A stretch of DNA of 42,326 nucleotides from the NCBI GenBank assembly GCA_900088475.1, contig FLMG01000680.1, forward strand, positions 1 through 42,326, read 5' to 3'. A program made the translations under genes and the position numbers. Source of the DNA: Hyphochytrium catenoides. Its lineage: Eukaryota; Protista; Hyphochytriomycota. The notes beneath the pieces are model-generated. The model made no database searches and was not told the DNA's origin. It was given only the letters and a program-made list of their open reading frames with translations. This document shows positions 32,964-42,326 of the stretch, piece after piece; the first letter of the stretch is position 1; every line of letters starts with the position of its first letter.

Positions 32964-35900
32964 ATGCCGATCCGCACTCTGACGGTGGAATTTTTGGAGC
33001 AGATCAAGCTTAAGTATCCAAACGTTAACAGCATTAATTTCGCTGACAATGGTAGGCACCTGTTGTGCCCTCTGCCACCCTGCTTTGCACTATTGACTCC
33101 TGCATGCAGATATAACTGTGGTTGAGAACTTGGAGCTTTTGCCACAGCTAGTCAAAGTTGATTTATGTCGGAACCAGATCTCTGCTATCATTGTGGACTG
33201 GAGCAGAGTCAGAGCTCTTGAGGAACTCTATCTGGCTGACAACCAGCTGTAAGTCGCTCGGCGGTCCTCGGCCAGACATCGTATGAGGGCCAGTTTCTGT
33301 TCCCTCACCCTGTCTGTTCTCTATCTTCGCAAATGAATGTTTACTTCGTGATCCTGTTGCAGGTCTTCGCTGGACGGGCTTGTTGGGCTGCACTCCCTCA
33401 AAATTCTTGATGTCTCGAGGAATCGCATTTTCAGTATCAAGGCTCTCTTCGTACTGCTGCCCATGCTGCGTCTCCGTCAGTTGTCAGTCCGGGTACCGTC
33501 AGTGTTGATGTTTTCCCTTCCTATTGCGCCTCCACTGAACTGGACACGACGCAGGGCAACCCGATCAGTGACTCCGCGGAATTGCTAAGCTTCGCATTAG
33601 ATCGGCTGAATCAGCTAGAAACGTTGGATGGCAGGTACCATCATGAACCTGGATGACAGGCTTTGGAGTTCCCTCCATCTTCTTTTTCTCTCTCTCGCGC
33701 TCTCTCTCTCTTTTATTCCTACTAAATCGCTATCGTTGTAGCGCTCTTCGCCTCCCTATTTTATGCCTACCCTCTTATGCCTACCCTCTTGCTCTTGGCT
33801 CATGCTGCTATCTGTCCACCGTTTGGGCTCTGGCTGTTCTGGTAAGCTGTAAATTTCGTGGACCTAAGCCTGACCTCATTCCCGACCAGGCCGCTTTCAG
33901 AATGGACCTTGCCAAGACAAGAGGATATCCTGCAAGCTAATCAAGCGCAATTTCTCTCCACCTCAGCCTCTGACCAGAGATCTCTTTCGATCCCTACGGC
34001 GGGCAATGATAGGGATGCAGCACTCCTAGCCCCAAAATTGAAGGATGCGACAACCAGAGCGGCTGCCGCTGAGAAAAAGCAACTCGTAGGGCGTGATATG
34101 AGTATCATTAACCAAAGAGCTATGGAATTGAAAGAGGTCAGGCAGAGAAAGCCTTTTAGACACCAATAAAAAGACATGCAGCTGACTCTCCTATTGAGCA
34201 GGGCACCGACAGTGAACATACCGACACTGAGCTTTTGTCTATCCAGCTTTCCTCCATGAGAGAAGTCATAGAGGTAACTTCCTTAAATTGGCGACCTACA
34301 TTGCCTATACTCTGACCACTTACCAATGGGCCATGCAGCTTCAAGAGAGTCAGGTGGCTGCGGCAATGGCTGCTGAGCAAGAAGTAAAGGGAGGGACTGG
34401 GGGAAAAGACAGAGAAGGAATCCTCTCAAGAGCCACGAAGGCTGAAGCGTACCAGAAGATACTTCAGCGGTGGAGGCAGAAAGTCTTCGAGTTATTGGTA
34501 GCCGAGCAAGTAAAGGGCTTAGATTATGAGAGACAGAGGGGAGAGGAGGCTGCAAAGGAAGCTTTAGTTCAGGTTATAAAATCGGTTGCGCTGTCCTGAG
34601 TATATTATCTAAAGGCTTCTGTCTCTCTTGATCGCCCCTTTGTTGCTCATAATGGCATTTCTTTGCTTTTTCTCTCCCTCTCATGTTCACCCTTCTCCCT
34701 CCATCTCTCTGTCTTGCCAGCTCTCTGTCTGTCTTTGGCACCTCTCCACCTTATATTATTCTGACCCTCTGTTGTATAGGATGCCATTGAGTCGTATAAA
34801 GCCGAGCTCCAAGTTAGCGTCAGGAAGATGCAGACACTAGAAGCACAAATTCAGCTAGAAAAGAAGAAGACAGTGATAGCGGTCGAGGACTTTAGAAAGG
34901 TCAGGACGAGGCATAAGAGGAGGAATCCAACTAGTCTGGGATGAGTTACAAGGGAGGGAGGCTTTTTGGATGCTTACGGGGCTTGGCGCACGACGGCGGA
35001 GGGCGGAAGCGAGAGGGAAGCTCAACTATGAGCTCCTGAAGTAGTGTCCTATCCTTTGCCTCGCTGTACCCTTTGTCCGATATAACGTTGTGACCTACAG
35101 TCTATGTCATCCTAGAGCGAAGTCCTCCGAAAAGAATTAGAAACGCGCCTCTGGAACGAACGGCTTGGACTCCGGAAGCTCACGACCGCTCTCCATAAAC
35201 TTCACAAGGTATGGAGAGGCACGGTGAGGCTTTTTCCTCCCGCTGACGATGTATTGGTGTGTCAGCTGGTGGCTCATTATGAGTCAAGGAAGGAGCTAAA
35301 ACAACTGGGACAAGCGATGGAACGACTGCCAGGATTCACGAAGAGACTGAACTTCGCTTCATTCCGCCTTCGGATGCTCTCCGATCTCCTGCGTAAGGTT
35401 CACTCGTCTGCTCTTTCTTTCTCCCAAGCTTCCTCAGTTCGCTTTTTGGGCTCAGTGCCTGCGCCTCCGCATCGAAAGGTTACGCAAAATGTACTTTCTG
35501 TCTTGAGAAAGTCATTAGTCAGCTTCAGAGTGCCTGTGGCTTATCTTCTCACATTGAGACTCGCTTGCTTTTCCTGCCTCTTCCCTGCCACTTGTTCTTT
35601 TATCGTCCTTCGCCCTCATCAGACAGGAAAGAGGTTCAACTGCGGAATGCATCAGCGGCTTTCGAAGCTGAAAGACGAGTCTGGCTAAGGACACTCCAGA
35701 AACATAGCCGAGAGCTTAGTCGCCCGGGCTATGGTGACGGGCTGACGGCGAGGAGAGAGGAGACTGGAGTGGACAAAGAAAATATTAGAGACAACATTAG
35801 CGAGTATAGTTTAGGCTCCTTGGCCTCGGAACAGCATGAGGAGAAGAGGAGCCAGAGGCGACGGAAGAGAGCTGTACCCAAGGGCCTGAGTACCGAAGCA

Positions 35901-38900
35901 GAAGCCGCCATCTATCGAGCCTTTGATGAGGTCATATAGCCCCGCCGCTGGTATTCTGCTTTAGGCCATTTGAAGGCTCCTTGTGTTTAACTATCCCTTC
36001 ATACTCGTCGTCGCCTTCTGGTTGGCTCTATTTACAGTCTGGCTAGGATCTATTCCTGCAGGACCCGGCTCGTTTCGCCGATGGTCATGCCCGCCGTTGT
36101 CTCTTACTCGCTCTTCCCCTGTAGTTGGACCATGCGGGTTACGGGATAGTACCTTTTGGGGCTCTTCTAGAACGTCTTCGAAGTATGAGAGACCTAGAAA
36201 ACCTGATGACTGATAGCCACGCGACTTGGGACGCCATAGAACGCTTCCACACTCAAGAAGAGGGAGGTCATCGAGATGAAGGTGAGAGGACGCTTAAAAT
36301 AAGAGCAAAAGAAGAAGAGGCAGAAAAAGCCTTTTATATGGAGCAAAGAGAGTGAGAGAATGTGTGTGAACTGGAAGGGACTCTCTCGGGAGAAACCGAG
36401 AAGAGCAGAGCAATGTGAACCACACGAAAGGCACAGGACTGCGTGCAAACCTCATAGAGAGATGAAGCGGAGCACGACACACCGGGAATAACGGTGACTC
36501 TTTTACTTTCAAGGTGTCACCTGGGGCGAGTTCCTTCTCTACTTCATGCCTGGCATTGTGAGCTATAAGGACTGGAGAGCGGAGAATCCGAGACCGGCGA
36601 GACTCCAGGCTTCATTGTATAACTCCTTCCTGACTGACAAAGTGAGGACCTCACCGTTGAACTTCCAGAAGGACAAAGGTGCACCATCTTCATACATTTG
36701 CCCTTGCAAGCTAGCTTCTCCTTGGCTCGGGAACTTCCCTCAGTCTATGAGGAAAATCTAAGTCACTCTCTGCTACTTTTGCTCGTCTCCGCCCTTTGCG
36801 TCTCTCTCTCTCTCGCTGTCTTGGTCGACTCCTCCTCTGGCTGCTCCCACCACGCTCTTTCTTTGTCAATGCAGCTGAGAAGAATAAGGCGGTTCGGATG
36901 CTGCAGGATCTCAGCTTCGAAGAGCTGCACTCTGAGGCTGTGCGGCTGCTAAGTGAACGAGATTTCTTATTGGAATCAATTACGGTATGATCAATGCCAT
37001 CTGTTTCTTCCCTTTCTGGCGCTGCCGCCACTGCCATCATCTCTCTCTTCGCGTCTTGGCGCCATTCCAAACTAAGCAGCTTCAATCTTCTAGATGGCAG
37101 CACGTGAGTTCTCTCCTCCTTAGCTTTGCTCTCCTTGATTTTGGCAGGCGGAAGCAAACAAGCAGCGCAATGTGTACTCTGAGATGCGCATGCTCTGGGA
37201 GGAAAAGCTGCAGCAGCACGTGGCTAGGGAAGCAGAGCTCATGGTGAGCGCTACGTTAGTTTGCCAGTTCCTGGAGGAGAGGAAGAGAAGCAAATATGAT
37301 CCTTTCAAAAAGAAGAGACAACATGGGCAGAAGAAAGTGACCAACCGAGAGAGAGACCAAGTATAGGCCAGCTTTTATGTTTAGGGAGAACCCGAGTACC
37401 GAGTGCAAGAGTATGAGGCTAAAGGTAGAGCTAATGTGATCTCGCGCTGGTAGGATAGCGTCGGTTCTCTTCATCGAGAGGTAAGGGAGCAGAAAAAGAG
37501 TTCAGAGTTGCTCCGCGAGAAGATGAGAGCACTAGAAGAAGAGGCGCGGACGAGCAAGGATGAAGAGAAGCAGTCCCTTGTTGCGTATGAGGGCCGTCTG
37601 GTGAGTGTAACTTCTTATATCTCTCTCGCCGATCTCCCTCAAAGCCCGCTTTGTATGATGACGCTTGACCTAAACAAATTGTGGACCTTAGGCCAGGCTC
37701 CAAGAAGAAAGCGACAAAAGGCTATCGCAGAGTGAGAAGAGGTACCAAGAAGAGATCCAGGTCAGTCCTCGAATTATCGAGACCCCGCTTAATGCGTAAT
37801 TGTTAAACCTAAGATCGGTTGTCACCATGTTTCTAATGACGGCTGCCGCTATGTAGAATCTCAAAGCCGAGCTGCAGCAGAGTAAAAGAGAACATGGAAA
37901 GGCACTGATCCACCTACGACAACTGGAAAGGGAGAATGCACGCTTGAAAGAGAAGAATGAGGAGGACGTCAAACTCAAGGTAGAGTTCTTGGAAGAAAGA
38001 CTGCGAAAAAGGTGAGATGGCCATTTCCTCACTAAACATCAGTGTACTTTGAGCTTTGTCTCGTTGTTTCTCTCGTCCCCATGTCTCGTCTAGTTTCTAT
38101 GCGCTGCGTCTCTGCCAGCTTTTCCTGACCTTATTGTGCCTCACCTCACTTTACCTACGATATGCAGCGAAGAAGAGTCATCAAAGCTGCGGCGCGAACG
38201 AAATAGTCTTCTAAGCGTCATCCGCAACAAGGTAAACTTCCTTGACATTATGCTCTAGAGCCCAAAAGCGCCATAAACAGAGCGAGTATCCCCGGAAAGG
38301 GTAGAGCTTGGGTTACATTCTTACACGTTTTCTTCACAACAGGAAAGAGAGGCACTCTACCGTCCGCGTCCATTGCCGGTTAAGACAGAGCAGGTTACTG
38401 AAGTGTCGGCAGTGGTGGCAAGCCATCCTTCTCCTCCAAAGAAGGGAGCCCCTTGTGACAGAGAGGAAGCCTCACCAAACAAAGGCTCTCTGCCTGAATC
38501 AGACTCAAAGATGCCTCAGTCGCCAGGGGTTTCAGCTCTTTCTCCTCTGCACCAACGAAAGGCAGTTCCCCGGCAAAGCCCACTAGACACTAAGGATGGT
38601 GCCACCATCAGTCAGGCGAGGGACGCTGATGTCACCTCACAGGCTGCTGTCTTGAGCCAAGGAGGAGAAAGCAGGCGTAAGCCTAAAGAGTCAAGGATTC
38701 AGCTGACGAGTGAGCTGGCAGAAAGGAGAGTACCTTTGCACTCCTCCTTGTTCGCTGGGGAGGAGGAGGATGCCGAGAGGACCCGGGTACTCTCAATAGA
38801 TATAGAGACGGAAGAGGATGGTATGCACAGCCTAGTCATACAATAGAGGTTCTCTCTTCTCTACTCGTTTCTCATTGCTCCCTTCCCACATTTCTCACTC

Positions 38901-39060
38901 CATCTGTTGCGTCTGGGCACTAACGCCTTCTCTCCTTTGATCGGCAGATGTGCTCTTGAATAGCATAGAGCAGCTTGTGGACGCAGCCTCCTTGCTTTCT
39001 GTGGACAAAGAGGATGGCAAATTGAACGCCAAAGGTAGCACCCGTACGATAGACACTTAA
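32964..39060 (+). CDS. LRR (SDS22-like + LRRcap) - CCHCR1/HCR coiled-coil rod protein with inserted EF-hand pair, ~21 exons
   Basis: LRRs: NSINFADNDITVVENL, LVKVDLCRNQI, LEELYLADNQL, LKILDVSRNRI, GNPI...LETLDG. CCHCR1-like blocks: EVIELQESQV, ILQRWRQKVFELLV, AMERLPGFTKRLNFA, KREHGKALIHLRQLER, LRRERNSLL, VLLNSIEQL. EF-like: AFDELDHAGYGIVPF and GVTWGEFL. Last exon after intron 38821-38947 ends at TAA 39058-39060. Confidence 0.8.
33761..33788. repeat. Tandem 14-bp duplication TTATGCCTACCCTC x2 in an intron
   Basis: ttatgcctaccctc ttatgcctaccctc. Confidence 0.85.
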
Positions 39061-39329
39061 TAGCGAGTGGGACGGAGCGAGGATTGTACTTCTAAACTCG
39101 TAAAATATCACGTAAGCATTAATGCCAGAAATGGTTGGCCACGAAAGAGATAGAGCGACTTAGGTCAAAGAGCTAAGAAACGATGAATCGTTACAAAGGG
39201 ATCCCATATCTGACATCTCCCCTCTTTTCTTGGTTGTCTTTTTCATCTCTCTCCCTCCTTTCGCTCCCGCACTCTCTTCCCGTCTTCCTGTCGTGTCGAT
39301 AACATATGGCGGCCAGTCTCTTAACTTTA

Positions 39330-41558
39330 CTAAGCAGCTTCCTCTACAGCCCTGGCTGCCTTAACATAGCCTGCCGACTGTTGATTTTTTTCAATAGCGA
39401 AAAGCTTTCTGGTCACCACGACACCAGCTGCACCTTCCATCATCATCAGCAGTGCCAGCAGTCCAAATGAGCCCGAAGGCGTCAGTGCTAGAGAGCACGC
39501 CACCACCATCGGGCCAGTCATCAGGCCTACAACCAGACCGAAAACCAACCTCTCACGTGTCTGACGCTCAACAGTCTCTTTGGACAGCTGTCGGTCAGGG
39601 GACGGCACCACTTCCAGAACTTGTGAAGGAATAGCGTTGTACGCTGAGACAATGAAGCCAAGACTTGCCCCAAAGAGAATGAAGAGGACATAGACGCTGC
39701 CTGCGTGTTTGACATTCAGAAGAGCAGTGAAGGATAAAGCCACACCTCCACAGCCAACTTCTATGGCACTCTTCTCTGAGATGTAATCTCTTTGATGACG
39801 GGCTAAGGCTATGGCTCCGACCAGAGAGGCCAGGCCTATTAGGTTGGCGAGAGAAGCATGAACGGCAGCGTTTGGCCACTGGCTTAGGAAAAAGTAGATG
39901 AATGGGAGCGATGTTGCACCCGCACCTAGAAGAGCGTAAGCTGACCAAGCATAAAGGAAGGCAGTCGAGTGCTTGACCTCGTTCTCAAGATCGGGTTTCA
40001 TGGCAGCAAGCAGCTTTCGCAGTGGAGGCTTGGCGACTTCTCCCGGTGCCTTCTTCTCTGGTGCAATGTAGCACGTGACAGCTGCCCCCCAGCCTATCAT
40101 CAGTCCGTAGCTCAGGTAAGGAGAGACAGGTGCCAGGATTGTGAAAAGCTCAAGCGAGAGGCCCGAGACGATACCTAGGGCCTTTGAGTAAGAAAGATAT
40201 TGGGCTTGCTGCGGCAATTGCTCCACTGCCACTATTTCTTGCAGCAGCGTCTGCGCAACTGCATCCGCCGCACTATGGCACGTGACAGTCATCAGGCTCC
40301 AGAAGAGGAAAAGGAGAGGAGCGCTAGTGGAGTCTGCGGACCACATCAGCATGGCGCCGAGAAACGAGAGCGCAGACAAGTTGATGATGTATCGCCTGCG
40401 CCGGCCTAAGCTGCTCTTAGAGCTTGAGCTGTACAGAGCAATAGGGGTCCGAAGCGTAGCGGCAAAAGTGCAAGCTGGCAAAAGGACAGCCAGATAAGCC
40501 CGAGGGTAATCGTTGGCCACCCTCAGTGCGGCAGAAGGCATTCCGATGAGAATAAAGTGGGCCGCAATGGCGTAGAAGTAGAAGGTAACAGTGTTTAGAC
40601 CGAGTAGCTGAGACTTTGTAAAGGTATGGCGCTCAGCGGTATCGGCAACGGCTGATGTGGTGGCTTGGACAAGTGGCTGTGTGCTTTCCTCTGCCATAAC
40701 TCTAAGATCTTCTCGGGAGACGTCTACTGAGCCTCTGGATGGCATAGGTGGACGCCTATGCTCCTGAGGGGCCATCGCCACAGAGTCATTCCTCTTCAGC
40801 AAAGGCTGAGTAGAGTCCGTTCTGGAGAAAAGGCTCTCTTCCGATAGGGACTTGTCCATCTGTACGGAGCTGGCGCGCTGGGACACTGGAGGAGCAGCCT
40901 CAAGCGAACGTTTTGACTCTTTGGGCTCCAGCGAGGAGACCGTGGAAGCTTTTCGGAGCTCATGCGCATCTTGAGACCCCAAGGATTTGGGCTGAGAAGG
41001 GACAGCGGAAGGAGAAGAAGGAGAAGGGAAGGCAGCTGTGCTGTGAGAGATGAAGGAGGAAGACTTGGCAGCTAGCGGAGCGGAAGACTTGACTGGTTCT
41101 GCTGCTTTCTGCGACGACGGCTTAGAGAAAAAGTCAACCTCAACCTCTTCATCTTCATCCTCTTCTCTCTGGTTGGCGGTACGAGGGCTCGTAATATTAG
41201 GCGTGGAGCCGCGCTGACTCGTCGACCGGTCATGCGGCTCTGAACGCTTGTCAGCGACAGTCTCGCTGTCCGCTCTAGGAGAAGAGATAATCTTGGTCGG
41301 GCTGAGGCTCTGCTTGGCGATGAAGTTTGATATCTTGTTCGTGTCAAAGGTCTCAAGCTTCTCTTTCATGCTGTGAGTCACTCCCACGGTGTTCTTTTCT
41401 ACAAGCTTTGCTGCACTTGAGACAGCATTGGAGCTGGTCTCCATCAGTTTGGCAGCTCCACTTGTGCTCTTTTCCACAAGGTTTGAGGTCATCTGCGTGG
41501 TGCTCGTGAGCGCCTTGCTGCTCATCTGAGCCATCTTGTTCAGGGAGTTGAGCATCAT
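39330..41558 (-). CDS. MFS transporter, GPH/sucrose-transporter (SUT/SLC45)-like, with ~310-aa disordered N-terminus; CDS intronless, 742 aa
   Basis: About 12 hydrophobic segments in the C-terminal ~430 aa. Loop motif SSKSSLGRRRRYI resembles the S(R/K)xGRRRPFI motif of SUT/SLC45. Confidence 0.75.
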   Translation of the reverse strand: MMLNSLNKMAQMSSKALTSTTQMTSNLVEKSTSGAAKLMETSSNAVSSAAKLVEKNTVGVTHSMKEKLETFDTNKISNFIAKQSLSPTKIISSPRADSETVADKRSEPHDRSTSQRGSTPNITSPRTANQREEDEDEEVEVDFFSKPSSQKAAEPVKSSAPLAAKSSSFISHSTAAFPSPSSPSAVPSQPKSLGSQDAHELRKASTVSSLEPKESKRSLEAAPPVSQRASSVQMDKSLSEESLFSRTDSTQPLLKRNDSVAMAPQEHRRPPMPSRGSVDVSREDLRVMAEESTQPLVQATTSAVADTAERHTFTKSQLLGLNTVTFYFYAIAAHFILIGMPSAALRVANDYPRAYLAVLLPACTFAATLRTPIALYSSSSKSSLGRRRRYIINLSALSFLGAMLMWSADSTSAPLLFLFWSLMTVTCHSAADAVAQTLLQEIVAVEQLPQQAQYLSYSKALGIVSGLSLELFTILAPVSPYLSYGLMIGWGAAVTCYIAPEKKAPGEVAKPPLRKLLAAMKPDLENEVKHSTAFLYAWSAYALLGAGATSLPFIYFFLSQWPNAAVHASLANLIGLASLVGAIALARHQRDYISEKSAIEVGCGGVALSFTALLNVKHAGSVYVLFILFGASLGFIVSAYNAIPSQVLEVVPSPDRQLSKETVERQTRERLVFGLVVGLMTGPMVVACSLALTPSGSFGLLALLMMMEGAAGVVVTRKLFAIEKNQQSAGYVKAARAVEEAA

Positions 41559-42029
41559 CTTTCTTGGGTGAGGCCGCTAGGTACAACTTCCGAGGCTAAA
41601 CGCTGGTACAGTCAAGGTATCAAGTTGAGACAGGATATACCTGTAAGAAGCGATCAACAGAGCCCTAACTCAGATTGTCCGCAAATGCTGCCAATGCCCA
41701 TGAAGAGCTAACAGAAACTTCTACCTATCCAGCCTTGCAGAACCCCAAAGAGTTATAGAAAACAGTGGTGAGCGAAGTACTGGTGGACGGTCTTCGCGCC
41801 AGATGAGGAGGCACGCCCAACGCTGCGAATCGTCTTCTCTATTTTTAAGGCGGCAAGTGTCAGGTTGGCCCAATAGTTCCTCTTGCATAAAGCTGTATGT
41901 TATTACTCGGGAGGAGGGGCTGGTATCAGCGCCACAGCTGTGGAAGGAGTGCCTGGAGCCTTAAGGCACGAAAGAGAGAGCCTGGGTTATCATCTTTGTA
42001 TAAAGATAAGCCTCCTCTGCCCATCACCC

Positions 42030-42326
42030 ATCATTGCTCACGTCTCCTCTCCTCCTTCCTCATCCGTCCGTGCTTTCTCTGAGCCTTTCCATCTTTTCTT
42101 CTCTTTACTCTAAAGGGAAACACCTCCTTCCATTCCGTATCTCCCGCCTCACCTCTCTCCCTTCTTCTCTCTTTTCTCTAGTGTTGATCTTTATCAGACC
42201 CTTCAGCAACTCTCTCTCTCTCCTGTGTCAATCCTTCTGGCGCTTCTCTCCGTGTCTTTCTCCGTTCTGACGTCTCTCTTCCGTTCTCTCTTTCCTTTTT
42301 CTAGCCTCTCTCCCTCTCTCTCTCTC
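42030..42326 (+). repeat. CT-rich low-complexity tract ending in (TC)n at window end, probably an intron of a + strand gene starting near 41880
   Basis: Pyrimidine-dominated like the sense strand of other introns here, with a CCAAT at ~41869 upstream. Confidence 0.7.

Noticed and set aside
9419-39332. Alternative genetic code / stop-codon reassignment
   Set aside because: TAA (after SKL in ECI2), TGA (RTF2) and TAG (methyltransferase, protease, MFS) all terminate recognisable proteins at expected positions.
1-42326. tRNA, rRNA, snRNA, CRISPR arrays, transposase/RT genes, telomeric repeats
   Set aside because: No cloverleaf/T-loop context, spaced repeat arrays, catalytic TE motifs or terminal repeats seen by eye. 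A covariance-model scan would be needed to exclude small RNAs fully.

Overview
Gene-dense, intron-rich eukaryotic nuclear DNA using the standard genetic code, with GT-AG introns, CTRAC-like branch points and CT-rich intron bodies. It is most consistent with a flagellate/centriole-bearing protist, but the lineage cannot be fixed from the sequence. The window starts and ends in (TC)n tracts. Splicing by hand resolves ten genes: a 95-aa orphan missed by the ORF track, a two-RRM nucleolin/NSR1-like protein, a FAM173/ANTKMT-like methyltransferase, a peroxisomal enoyl-CoA isomerase ending in SKL, an ~2,700-aa kinesin-3 with an ~2,000-aa coiled-coil tail, RTF2, an intronless clan-CE/Ulp1-type protease with a His-Glu-Cys triad, a Treslin/TICRR/Sld3 homologue, an LRR + EF-hand + CCHCR1-like rod protein, and an intronless MFS/GPH transporter with a long disordered N-terminus. 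I found no rRNA, tRNA, CRISPR array or recognisable transposon, and no clearly new multi-gene system. The best leads are an in-frame extension past the Treslin TAG that carries a second CDK-type site, the LRR-EF-CCHCR1 chimera, the adenain-like protease motif, the giant kinesin-3 and a strand-specific intronic hairpin. All family calls come from motif recall, not database searches.
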